From the human T2T-CHM13v2.0 reference genome, Homo sapiens: a stretch of DNA of 64,000 nt. Shown here piece by piece: positions 28,563 through 41,739 of this stretch (its first letter is position 1; each line of letters starts with the position of its first letter). Under the pieces are notes generated by a model. The model was given only the letters and a program-made list of their open reading frames with translations, was not told the origin of the DNA and searched no databases. The DNA lies in NCBI RefSeq assembly GCF_009914755.1, contig NC_060947.1. One strand, given 5' to 3'. The translations under genes were made by a program, and so were the position numbers.

Positions 28563-29679
28563 TTACCTGGGCAAAAAATAAGTGCCAACCCACTTATTTG
28601 ACGTGGTGTTAGCAAGTACTTCCCGGTACTTTTTGGGCTGGAGATGATCTGCTGTAGTTGTCACTCTCAGTCTTTGATGCATCCTAGCCTGAGGCTCCAA
28701 ACAGAAACCTTCTCATATAAAGAAGTATGCTCCAACAAGAAATATGCTCCCTGATCTCTTTGGTAGTCTCTTGATAGCAGCTGTGAGGTCTTCAGCAGCT
28801 CCTGGACAGTTCCCACGTCTCCTTCAGGATGCTTACCCTGCTGGAGAGCTTACTCCATGGCTAGAGCTCTCCCAAGTACGTAGTTTTCCCAACTTTCCCA
28901 GGACCCAATTCTTCCACTGGAGAGGATTAGGTCCACTGTTCCAGGACAGAGTCTATCTACTGGTGAGGATTCAAGCACAACGTTCAAAGGTGGTTTCTTT
29001 GCTTCGGCTGACTGCTTTGAGTTGGCTTGGCTACTAGGCTAGGGAGGACTGCCTACCTGCTCTTTGTGGGATGTGCTTCTCTCTTTGAGAGGCTTACCCA
29101 CCCCACTGGTGTGGTTGTTTTAGTAGTCTGTACTAAGATCTTTTTGTGCCACTGTTGTGATCTCCTCGCTTTTTGTGTAGTCTTCTTTTCTCTGGTTTGG
29201 TCTGCTCCGTGCTCTCTACTGGCACTCTTCCTAGGTAACGACTTTGGGTCTTCTCTTAGCTGTTGGATTCTTGCAGGCACGGCAGCCTTTGCTGAGCACC
29301 CTCTTGATTTGATCTGGGGTTTCAGTCCATTTTCCCACCCTCTGCTGCTGTGCTCACAGCTCTAGAAATCTATTAGACGGTCTGTCCAGAGCTTTTTCTC
29401 TCCATCCTCTCTCTGTATCCCTGGCCCATCCCTTTGTTCCCAGGTACGTGGCTCCTGAACACAAAGAGGTACCTAAGAGCAGGGGTTAACACAGCATCCT
29501 TTCCTCTGGAGCTCACGCTTGTCCAGCTCTTGACCTCCTTGATTAGGTCTCAATCTGCTTCTGTGAGGTACTGGAACTAATTATGCAGATGAAGAGCTTG
29601 CACGCAAATTCGAATAATCACCATGGGTTAGAGTAATAGGAAATTCAAGGGGGTTTTAGTACAGGTCAAATCCTTTACA
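28563..29679 (-). other. Unassigned 1.1-kb block, possibly an ancient (Gypsy-like) solo LTR
   Basis: GC-richer than its flanks with strong strand skew; minus strand begins TGTAAAGG and ends ...CCAGGTAAC; no intact ORF. Confidence 0.3.
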
Positions 29680-30049
29680 TTAAGCTTCCAACACCCTGTC
29701 CATATTCTTTTTTGTTCAAAAAACTATTTTAAATATTTTTTGAATTTGTGATAAAGTTGCTAGGATTTGGTTTCTTTTTTGTAATAAAGAAATTTTGGTT
29801 ATAACAGAAGATGGCCTAGGGCATTTTGATAACCATATATACTATGATTGGTCAGCAAAGTCAACTCAATTTTTATTTCCATCTCCATCCATTAGCAGTC
29901 TTTATGAGACAAGGGAAAAATCATTTTCAAGATTTTATAGCTCTTGCAACAATTTGTCAAGTTACATGGAAATCATAAAAGAATGGTCATTACAGAGTTG
30001 GCACAGACCTTGAGAAGTTCCCTATTGCATGTTTTACCTGCACCCAAGG

Positions 30050-30540
30050 CAAGTGCAGTTTTGGATTTGTGTACCAGCTCTGCTATTTACTAGCTGTGTG
30101 GCCATGAAGATTGATTTAACTTCTCTGAGCCTTAGTTTCCTAATTTGTAAAATTGCTTAGTTATGCACAGAGTTGTTTTTACTACTAATAATGGCAGCTT
30201 ATATTTACTAAGCCTTTAAATAGCAGGCACCATGCTGAATTGCTTTACATGCATTATCTCATTTCATTCTCATAATAGCTCTTAAGGCATGTATTATTAG
30301 ATGCTAATTTTACAAGTGAGAAAAATTAGACTCATACAAATGAAGTGATTTGCCCAAAGTCACCTAGCTGGTAACTCAACTCATGGTTCAGTTGAGACTT
30401 GAATCCAGATGATGGTATGAAGATTTCCAGTGCACTTTTTTCTTAACCACTATAAGGTGAGGCTACGAGGACCAAATGAAATATAATTGTGGTAGTATAA
30501 CAAATGACCAGGTACTATATAATTATTTATTACTGTTATG
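30050..30540. mobile_element. Minus-strand MIR (about 30185-30453) nested within a plus-strand MIR
   Basis: Plus MIR ...ctctgagccttagtttcc...gagttgtt resumes at gaggaccaaatgaaat after an inverted near-full MIR. Confidence 0.65.
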
Positions 30541-31099
30541 GCCATGATTACCTCGGTGAGGTAATCATGATTTGTTTTTTTTCTCTTAAGCTCCTTAAAG
30601 CAATAGTTTATGAAAGCATAGGAAGAGTCATGTAAACATGGAAGGGTTATAAAATATGACTACAGAGCCAAGACCTTGACTCCACTGATTCTAAGATTTG
30701 TGCTCCTATTTGATATTCCCGAGTGATAGAGTACACTAAACATTCACTGTTATTTTGAGGGGGACTTAATGCAGACAGGATCTGTTTTTGCTTTGTTTGA
30801 GAGCCACTGTTAGCTGCTTTTCTAATTATATTGTTGTTTTCCTTAACTTTGGTGATTCCAGACTCTGTTTTGGAAGCTACTCCCAAGGAGTCTATAATTA
30901 TCCCAAAAATAGTCATGAAATTATCAAAAAGTATAAAACACAAGTAATATTTCATTTAAAAAGTGATTATAGGCTTGTTAAAGAGTAGAAATAAGTTATG
31001 AAATAAAACAAGGTCCACTAAAGCCTTCTGGTTAGGAACACAGACCTGGTATACAAGCCTCAATTCTTTTGCTTATTAGCTGCGTGACCTTGAGCAAAA

Positions 31100-31795
31100 T
31101 ACTCAATGCCATCAAATCTAAGATGTCATCAATTATATGATGCATTATTATTTTACGGACCACTAAGAAAGAAAAATAATTCCAATGAAACAGTGATATG
31201 CTCTTTTAGCAATATTGCTGTGCAATGTGCAAGTTGGCTACGCAGGCTTCTCATTACAAGCCTTGAAATTTTTTGCATCTATATAGTGAGATTTGACAAT
31301 TTCTCCTGCCTTCAGTCACTTTGTTTGGCAATTCTTTTGGATACATAAGTTAACACAATACACCAAAGCTTTCTTTTTGTTGGCATCTTTCTTTCTTAGG
31401 TCTTGCAAATCACTTAATTACTTTGCAAGAAAATAAGGACTTGTATGCATTCCTCTAACTGTTTCACTAATACGCAATTGCTACCTTGCTACTGTGTTTT
31501 CAGTGCTTTTCAGCATACACAATACCTTTTCCTTTCAATGTAAATTCGGAGTGAATACTCTTGAAAACATTTAAAATGGCAATAAAACTCACCATGTCTA
31601 GTACTAACATTGTATATAAATGCAAAGGAAGTGACAACAATATCAACAACTATGACCAAGTGTGCACACACACAGGTAATAGCTACTATGCCAGGCTATC
31701 ATCTGGGTAATAGTGATTGTAAGATATCATTGATTACAAGATACATACTGACTTTGGGGATGTAAACTGTGTATCTTATTATCAATGAAATACAG
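31100..31795. mobile_element. MER97-like DNA transposon inserted in a MIR
   Basis: Ends catcaaatctaagatgtcatcaatt and tcttattatcaatgaaatacag; MIR halves at about 31030-31100 and 31800-31945. Confidence 0.6.
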
Positions 31796-32314
31796 TCATT
31801 CAGCTTTAACAGCTTGTTTCCTTATTTGAAAAAAACTGAGACTAGTAATTGTATTTGACTCTGAGGGATAACATAAGAATATAGTTAAATCCCTTAGCAA
31901 TCCCTTAGCACAGTGTTGGGCATTATAGTAAGTGCTCAAAGATACTAAAAAACAACAGCCAAACTACCCCTAAAGTGGACAGCACTGTGAAAACCAAACA
32001 TAAGGCATAAGATTCAAGGACATCTATAAGAATATCTTAGCCAAGTGCTAATTTTATCATGGAGGAAAAACCATAAAACATTACTTGCAGACAGAGGCCA
32101 TGACTTCGCAATGCCACAGTGGCAGCTTGTAAAGCAAAATGGTTGGCTTCTTTTAAAATGATTAATCAGTTGTTTAATGCCAGTGAAAAGCCAACTTAAC
32201 TCATCTTTAATGGACTATTTTAAATCACTCTTAGGATCCCAAAATATCTAGTTTACCAAAACCCCACATATGAACTTCTAAGCATTTTCTCATTTTAAAT
32301 CATTTATATATCGT

Positions 32315-32935
32315 AACATGGTGCAGCTACTATAGAAAGCAGTATGGAGGTTGCTCAAAAAATTAAAAACAGAATTACCATATGATTCAGCAATCTCATT
32401 TCTGGGTATATATCCAGAAAAATATTGAAAGCAAGACCTCAAAGAGATAGTTGTACACCTATGTTCATAACAGTGTTATTCACAATAACCAAATGTTGGA
32501 AAAAATCCAGATGCCCATGGATGGATGAACGGATTAACAAAATGTGGTATATGCATACAATGGAATATTATTTAGTTTTAAAAAGGAAGGAAATGGTGTC
32601 ACATGCTACAGGATGGATGAACGTTGAGTACATTATGTTAAGTGAAATAAGCTAGTCACAAAAAGACAAATACTGTATGATTTCACTTATATGAGATATC
32701 TAAAGTAGTCAAATTTATAGAAACAAAAAGTAGAGTGGTGTTTGCTAGGGGCTGGGGGAAGGGGCCAAAGGGGGAATTGTTATTTAGTGGGCATAGAGTT
32801 TCAGATTTGCAAGATGGAAAAATTCTGGAGATAGTTTGACAATAATGAGAATGTACTTATCACTATGGAAGTTTACATTTAAAAATGGCTAAGATTATAA
32901 ATTTTATGCTATATTTTTCACCACAATAAAAAATT
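32315..32935 (+). mobile_element. L1MA/MB 3' end
   Basis: ORF2 C-terminal remnant (CTPMFITVLFTI...KMWYMHTMEYY) plus 3' UTR. Confidence 0.9.
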
Positions 32936-33125
32936 ATATGTTCTCAGCAAATCCTTTTTTGTTTTTGGAAAGGACTAGTACATTTCAAAAATATTATTTG
33001 TTTTTCTTCCAAAATCTCTTCTTGTCTTTCTTCTGATAGTGAGAAGATATTGTTCTGAACAGAATGTATAAATGCATGTGTCAAAACAATAATGTTCTAT
33101 TCAACTCAGAGCACATTAGGGATGA

Positions 33126-33422
<297 letters not shown>

Positions 33423-33444
33423 AGAAGTGTGATTTAAAATCAGG

Positions 33445-35950
33445 AAATAAGCCCATTTTGTACTTCTCTGATTACACTGGAGTTAAGTTAGAGATAAAAA
33501 AATATATATAAGTAGAAAATTATGTGTTTGAAAATTAGGAAATAATTCTTTATAATGAACTCACGTATCACAAAAGCAAATATTAAACTAAATATAACAT
33601 ATTTAGCACTAAAATTAGTAGAATACATATAAAAACTCATGAGTTACAGCTTAAATAGTGCTTAGAGGAAAATTTGTAATCTTAAATGCTTTTATCAGTG
33701 TGGACTAAATATTCATGAGCTAAGCATCCAACTTAAGAAATTAGAAAAGGAATGACAGACTAAATCCAAAGAAAGTGGAATGAATAAAAGACTAAAGATA
33801 AGAGCGGAAACCAATAAAATAGAAAATAAACATTTACTAGAAGCAATCAATAAAGCCAAAAATTGGTACCTTGAAAAGACTGATGAAATTGGCAAAACTT
33901 TGGCAAGAATGATCAAGAAAAAAAGATGTAAGTAGCAAATAAGTAATATCAGGAATAAAAAAGATAATTACAAATGTTTCAGAAATGGACAAATTAATAA
34001 AATAATTATTGAATAAGCTTAAGTTAATAAAACATGCAGATGAAGTGGAAAAATTTATATTGAGTTTTAACAAACATTCAAGGAACAAATAATTCAGATT
34101 TTACACAGATTATTTCAGATTTCAGAAAAGAGGGAGCACTAACAAACTCATTTCACAATACTAGCATAATGCTGATAACAAACAAGAAAAGAACAGAGAT
34201 AAGAAAAGTACAAGCCAATTTTATTATGAATATAGAATTCAAAAATTTTAAACAAAATATTTAACCAAATCTAGCAGTGCATGAAAGGATAATACATCAT
34301 TACAAATTGATTTATTTCCAGAATGCAGGAATGGTTTAAACTTTTAAGATTAATTAGTGGAATTCCCCACTTCATGTGATTAAAGAAAAAACAATATGAT
34401 TATTTCAATATAATCAGAAAGACCATTTGATAAAATTAAACATCTATTCATGCTAAAACTCTTAGTAAGCAGGGAACAAAAGAGAACATCTAAACCTACT
34501 GAATGAGAAAAAACATACTACACACATCATATTTATGGTAAAATATTGAAAATATTCAATTTACTTTTGTGAAAAAGGCAAGGTTGTCTGCTGTCACAGC
34601 TTCTACTCAACATTGAGCTGGCAATCACAGCCAGTTAAATAAGAAAAGAAAGAGAAATAGTTTGAGTATTGCAAAGGAAGAAATAAAAATATTGTTATTC
34701 ACAAATCATATGATGGTGTACACACAAAAATTAAAAAGTGTACAGATAAGTTACTAGGATTAATAAGAGTGTTTGACCAAGGTGTTTGGATATAAAGGTA
34801 ATATAAAAGTTGAATTTCTACATACCAGCCGAGTAAATGTGAATGGCTAATAAATATATAAAAAGTTTCTCAACTTCATTAATAATCAGAGAGGTGTAAA
34901 TTGAAATCACAATGAGTTAAGTATTTCACAGCTATCAGACTAGCAGAATGAGTAACAAGTCTTCCTGAAGATATGCATCAACTGCAATTTGGCATTATCT
35001 AGTAAAGTGGAAAATGTGTATTTTTTTTCCTAGGAATTCACCCTAAATTTAGGCACTTTTATACTGTGAGACATGTACAAAAATATTTATAATGGAACTA
35101 TTGTACTGTGAAAATAAAATCGTGTGACATAAATATCTATGGGTATGTAGAGACTGTATGAATATGAATACATCTTGGTATACACATGAATAGAATACTG
35201 TGCTTCAATGAAAGTAGTGTATTAGTCTGTTCTCACACAGCTATAAAGAAATACCTGAGACTGGGTAATTTATAAAAGATGTTTAATTGGCTCACAATTC
35301 CACACACTGCCAGTAAACATGGCTGGGAGTCCTCGGGAAGCTTACAATTATAGCGGAAGTCAAAGGCGAAGCAGGCACATCTTATATGGCTGGAGCAGGA
35401 GGCAGAGAGAGAGAGGGGCGAGTCACTACACACTTTTAAACAACCAGATCTTGCAAGAACTCTCTCACTATCAGGAGAACAGTTCCAAAGCGGACATCCA
35501 CCCCTATGATCCAATCACCTCCTACCAAGCCCTGCCTGCAACATTCGGGATTACAATTTGACATGAGATTTGGGCGGGGACACAGATCCAAACCATATCA
35601 AGTAGTTTAATTCAAGTTACGTGCTACAACATGGATGGACCTTGGACGCATAATATTAAAAAATGCAGAAGGATACATTAAGTATTATTTTGTTTTAGAG
35701 AGCTCAAAATATGCAAAATTCAGCAATATATTGTTAGGAGATACAAATGTATATAGTAAACACTATAAAAAAGAGCAAGTGGGTAATAAACACAAAATTC
35801 AGGACAGTACCACTGGGTGCAGAGGGAAGGATGTAGAATTGTGGAGGGGCTAATGGGACTCCTAATGTAATGGTAATTTTTTTTTAATCTATGGTAACTT
35901 AAATATATTTTATACATATTCCTTACATACATGTTCTTTTGCATACAATT
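33445..35950 (+). mobile_element. Highly decayed L1M ORF2 and 3' region, interrupted by an MST LTR
   Basis: A-rich L1 motifs: cttagaggaaaatttgta, gaagcaatcaataaagccaaaa, catttgataaaatt, tgctacaacatggatggacctt. Confidence 0.8.
35218..35600 (-). mobile_element. MSTA/B solo LTR (ERVL-MaLR)
   Basis: tgtattagtc...ccaaaccatatca; TSD agtag at 35213-35217 and 35601-35605. Confidence 0.93.
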
Positions 35951-36647
35951 TAATAAATACCCAACTCTGTCTCCCTATTCTAGATACACTGTTTCCCCCC
36001 CTATTAATATTAAGTTATTTTTAGAAAGACCAGCTAACATTCTTCTTGATATTCCATCTTAATGAGGGAGGAAATGGAAATATTTTCAAGCAATGATCAT
36101 CTCTGAAGCCCTGGAGTGGGATGCTTGGGGCTAAGGGAAGTCCATGATAAGAGCAGAGGAAGTGGGGTGAGGGAGAGTATATTGGGAATATAAACAAATC
36201 CACTTACAGAATCCAGTTGTTTTCTCAGGTAATTGTCGATAGTTCAAAACACATTTTTGTTCAACAACTTTTAAGAGCTGCAAACAGACTTACTGGCAGA
36301 TTTTCTGATCTATTATGGCAATGGAAACCAGCTGATGCCTGTTTTCAAATGTGTTTGCAGATGGCCAGAACTTATGACTCAATTAATATAACAAACGTGT
36401 CTATGAACTTAATGTAATCCTTTTGACCTTAATAAAGTCTTAAATCCCGAGTAAATCTGTTTTAAGATTGAAAAATGTACACAAAAGTGAAACATTCCCT
36501 ACACTTGTGCTGAAGTTTATGACCCTTGCCTTCTACCACGGCTCCCTTGCTAACTTAGTGCCATTTAAAGTGCTTCCTTTGGTGGTAGCAAATTATAAAT
36601 CCATATCTTTGTAAGACGCTCTCATCAGCCCACAGGCTTGTGCATAA

Positions 36648-36676
36648 GTGCGTGCACACGCGCACGCGCGCGCGCG

Positions 36677-36710
<34 letters not shown>
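36648..36710. repeat. Compound (CG)10(CA)13 microsatellite
   Basis: (CG)10 at 36665-36684 and (CA)13 at 36685-36710. Confidence 0.95.
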
Positions 36711-36716
<6 letters not shown>

Positions 36717-37966
36717 TCTTGGCATTGATTTGTTTGGCAGGTTGAAAAATGACTGAGGACTTTCTGTTCTAATTCCAAATATCATTGTTTGTAATGATAA
36801 TATACTGTTCCCTTTCTTCGATTTTCCACCATGGAAATGCTAGACACATTACAATAAAATATATTCTTATGCAAATAATCCAAACAGAGTTTTTTTTAAC
36901 CCCCAGAAATAATGTCTGAAAGAACGTTCTGTCAAAAGCAAAATACTAGACTGAGGTTTCTCAATAGGCCACTATGTACCATTCTTTCACCGAGCTGTTA
37001 AGTCTCCAGGTTATTATATTATTACTGAATTGAAAGAATAAAATAATACTGGATAGTCAGCCCCTAAACCCTCCCATACATAGCAATTACAACTGCAGCT
37101 GAAAATGACTGAAATTTTATCACATCAAAGAAGACACCAGTCAGCCATGGCCTCATGAAAGCCATTCTGGAGTTTTGAGTTAAATTCAAAAGGGAGTTCT
37201 TTGGCATATTCTTCTATTGTTTTAGAGGCCCCTGTCAATCAGCACAGCAGTTAGTGGGGAACTCTACTACTTGCTACCATCAACCAAAAGACAAACTAGC
37301 TTGGCATTTTTAACCTAGCTGGTTATCGAATCTATTTTTATTATGAAAGAAGAGTAGAGTCAGTGGATTTGATCAAGACTGAAACTAAATTTGAATGTTT
37401 TAATGGCAAGCAAATTATTCCTTATGTTATCTGCATTCAAACCTGTTTTTCATAATTATGTTAGTGGGGAAAGGAAGAAATATCCCTAAATCTGAATTAA
37501 GGAAACACAAGTTCTATTCTCCCCATGAGTTCCACTCCATGCTGAAGATGCTTTGCAAAACTTTGACGATCCTGTCTTCATTTGGGAAATTGGTAGTACT
37601 TTTGTCATAGAAGGAAAATTAATCCTTACTTTGACAAGTCAATATAGCAGCATTGAAGTTGAGAAAACAAATGGGTCTCCTATGTCACATTTGGCATTAT
37701 CTAAACTTTACCTTATCTTATCCTGGCATCTCTAATCTTGATGGTAAGAAGCTTAAACTGACGTCTGAATGCAACTCAGTCTCTTCTAATTGAAAACTCT
37801 CTTTTAGGTAGTCATTTTGTTCAAAGTTCAAACTCTTTCTCAAGGCTGTTTCAAGGGGTTTTCGCTTTCCTTTTTCCCCAAAATGATATCTGTATGCAGA
37901 GGAAGGCCTATGCATAGTGGCAGCAGCAGCGGGACAGAAAAGGTTTGTTGGTTTCTCCTGGAATCT

Positions 37967-38220
37967 TCTTCATCCTGCTAGGTTATGGCACATCTATCCA
38001 GTGTTAATGTCTGCTATGGTATGCCTGATTGCCTGTGGTATCCACTGCAATGATCCAGGGCTTCTTTGCTCTTGGGGTCTCTTTACCTCTTCATCCTGCT
38101 AGGTTATGGCACATCTATCCAGTGTTAATGTCTGCTATGGTATGCCTGATTGCCTGTGGTATCCACTGCAATGATCCAGGGCTTCTTTGCTCTTGGGGTC
38201 TCTTTACCTCTTCATCCTGC
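37967..38220. repeat. Perfect 121-bp tandem duplication
   Basis: Two identical units; tcttcatcctgc occurs at 37967, 38088 and 38209. Confidence 0.97.
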
Positions 38221-38934
38221 ACCAGACCTCTTCCAATTCATTAGTTCTCTCAGTTTCTCCCTTCCTCTGCTACTCACAGACTGTGTGGGCCATTGGAAGT
38301 GCTATCTCAGATCCATTCACATAGGTGCCTTTCCTGCTGATGCTGCCACACTTCATGTTTCCAGTATATCATAATTACTCTTTCCATTTTATAACACGGC
38401 CATGAAAGTAGACCACCACCAGTATGTTCTGGATTCTCTCAGTATATCTAGTTGTTTTGTTGTTTGACCTTCTCAGGAGTGAGGCATCTTCTAACTTGTC
38501 TCATCTGTACAAAATGTATTCGTCCACCAACTCTTCCTCTCAACACAGGAAGAGTTTTTCCCTTTTTGAGTGACAAATCCTTTTTGTGACATATCCTTCA
38601 TGCTCTTTTACATTGTGGCTAATAATAAATCTTTATTCTCAGACCTCCAAGTTTAACTTTTGCTATATAATGAGATTTAAACAGAGATTTAGAAATCCTT
38701 CAGTTTCTCAGCTGAACCCGGCTTTTAAGATCATTGTCTTGTTAGGGAATTAGAAAAATGTAGTTTGAAATCCAAGCTGACTGATTATTTCTTTGTTCTA
38801 AGTTGTACCAGGAGCACTCCCTCTCCTTACCCTGCCATGTCTCTCATCCTAAACAATGAATGTCATTGGTTCAATAGGTAAGAAAAATACTTATGGAGAA
38901 TGAAATATACATTCTTCCAACATTTTCATGTATC

Positions 38935-39294
38935 TGATATGCTTTGGCTGTGTCCCCACCCAAATCTCATTTTGAATTGTAGCTCCCATAATTCCCACAT
39001 GTTGCGGGAGGGACCCAGTGGGAGATAATTGAATCATGGGGGCAGTTTCCCCCATACTGTTCTCGTGGTACTGAATAAGTCTCACTAGATCTAATGGTTT
39101 GATAAGCTGTTTCCCTTTTCTTTTGGTTCTCATTCTCTCTTGCCTGCCACCATGTAAGACATGTCTTTCGCCTTCTGTCATGATTGTGAGGCCTCCCCGG
39201 TCACTTGGAACTGAGTCCATTAAGCCTCTTTTTCTTTATAAATTACCCACTTTTGGGTATATCTTTATCAGCAGCATGAAAAAGAACTAACACA
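38935..39294 (+). mobile_element. THE1 (B/C-like) solo LTR
   Basis: tgatatgctttggctgtgtccccacccaaatctca...agcagcatgaaaaagaactaacaca. Confidence 0.93.
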
Positions 39295-39326
39295 TTATTC
39301 CATTATATGACATCTTTTCTCTTCAA

Positions 39327-39448
39327 TTTTTTTTGAACTGCGGTCTCGCTATGTCACCCAGGCCAGACTGGAACTTCTGGACTCAAGTGAACCTTTTGCC
39401 TCAACCTCCTGAGTAGTGGGAGTACAGGTGCATGCAACCATGCCCAGT
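39327..39448 (-). mobile_element. FLAM (Alu monomer)
   Basis: Single diverged Alu arm flanked on both sides by tttctcttcaatt. Confidence 0.8.
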
Positions 39449-40144
39449 GTTTCTCTTCAATTATTGACCACATTTTACAGCATAAGTTTGATGCACTACA
39501 CTGCCTACTAGGGAGCCAATGGTTTTCAGTGTTAAGCATCAGAGACCCAATATGGAGAATGTTAAGAAGAATAAACCCTTTGTTTACCAAGTAAGATTTT
39601 TTAAATTGAAGAGAGAGATTCAGGGTATCTTGGGATTAGTAGCCCCTACGTGTGTGGTTGAGCATGTGTACTATCTCAAAGTGCTAGTGCATTAGATGAT
39701 TGTATTTGAGAAGATATTGGAAAAGGCATGTGTAGCAACCCCTTAAGGTGTTTGTTTGATGAAGAATGTTGAAACTATATCTTGAAGGAGATGCATTGAC
39801 TCAAATTTATTGTTAATTTATCACTCAAGCTTCTTCTGAGTTGATCTTATCATTAATGATCCAGAACCCCAGTAGTAGCGTTTGAGGGCAGGGGAAAGGG
39901 ACATAACAACTTTACACTTGAACCACAAACATTATTTAATTTGCTATATTTCAAAATTCATTGCCTTCAAACAATATTTACTCCTATAGTTAATAAATCT
40001 TATTTTCCTTATTTTACAAGTTAGAAACTGAGTCCCAAGGAGGGAAAAATGACTTTCCAAGGATGTACCTCAATTCATTACTATCTATTTTGCAATATCT
40101 GTGCTACACTCCTGCACAAATTTTAATCACAAAATAAGCATCTA

Positions 40145-40498
<354 letters not shown>

Positions 40499-40899
40499 TC
40501 ATAAGGTCATAATACAGCCACACTATGTAGAGAGCAGAGAGTTCGGATCAAATATGGTGGAAGAAAAAAAGCTAAGAAAGTATGGAGAAACTCCAAATAA
40601 TTTTGAGATTAATTTTCAGCTTTGGGGGCTTCAAAGTATAATTAATACTTTTATATCAATCCAGATGCCAAGTTAAGTTTATTGCAAAACTTTTTTGTGA
40701 ACTAGAGGATCTTGGTCCCAGGCACTGCAGCATCACAAAATAGACTGATTGATTTGATCCAAGTTAGTCAACTTCTGGACCTCCAGTTTCCTTATGGGTG
40801 AAATAAGAACACTTAACTGGATAATCTCCAAGTTCTCCTCTAACATTCAGTCAGTCTATGTGGATTCCACATCCCACAGATCTATCATTTTTTTTTCAG

Positions 40900-41655
40900 T
40901 CTCCAGATCCGATCAACCACCAAGTTCTGCTATCTTCTAAATATTATTTGAATTTTTCCATGCCCTTCTATTTCAGCTGCCATTCTTCTTTCTGTGAGCC
41001 TCAGTATCTTTCATCAGCCTCCTAACTAGTCTCCCTGACTCTCTTGACTCCTTCCAGAATCTCTTCTTTGATGGTGCCAAGGTGATTTTTCTAAAACATT
41101 AATTTGATCACATCACATTCCAGGTTATAAGTCTTCTGTAATTCCTCAATTGCTACAGTATAAAAGATGGCTTGCATGATTGGGCCCTGTATCTTTGTTT
41201 CCTCTGTCCTCCTCATCTTTGATGATTGGGCCGAGCTATTTCTGTCACTCCCCTGCTTAAAAACTACAGAAACTGTGGCTGTAGTCTCAGTGCCTAGTCC
41301 AGGGTCTACCATGTGGTAGGGGCTCAATAAGTTTGTGGATGGTACTGCATAAATTCAATTATAAGCTTGGCTCTACAACGGATATGTGTCACGACAATTG
41401 CTCACTCTCAGGTTCTTCATCCAGAACCCCTCCTATGGGTTAGGTGCCCTTCCTCTGTGCTTCATCAGCCCCTTCTGCTGACCTCTGTAACAGCACTCAT
41501 CACACTGGACCATAATTGCCTGCTTGCTGTTCTGTCTATTCCAAAAGACAGTGAGCAACTAGGGAGCAGGGCCTAAGTCTGAGTCAGCATTTTATTCTTA
41601 ATGCCTACACATGACAGGCATTCAACAATTGAATGACTGAATGAATGAATGGATG
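40900..41655 (+). mobile_element. L2 3' region
   Basis: cagcctcctaactagtctccctg...gggagcagggcc...ttgaatgactgaatgaatgaat. Confidence 0.7.
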
Positions 41656-41739
41656 CATGTCACAGAAAGAGGACTCAGTTATATTGATAAACACTTCTTT
41701 GTAGCACACTGATTGCTACGTCTGTCAAATAAGGAATTA

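Noticed and set aside
37917-38374. ORFs with repeated peptides (LHPARLWHIYPV...)
   Set aside because: By-product of the 121-bp DNA duplication, whose length is not a multiple of 3.
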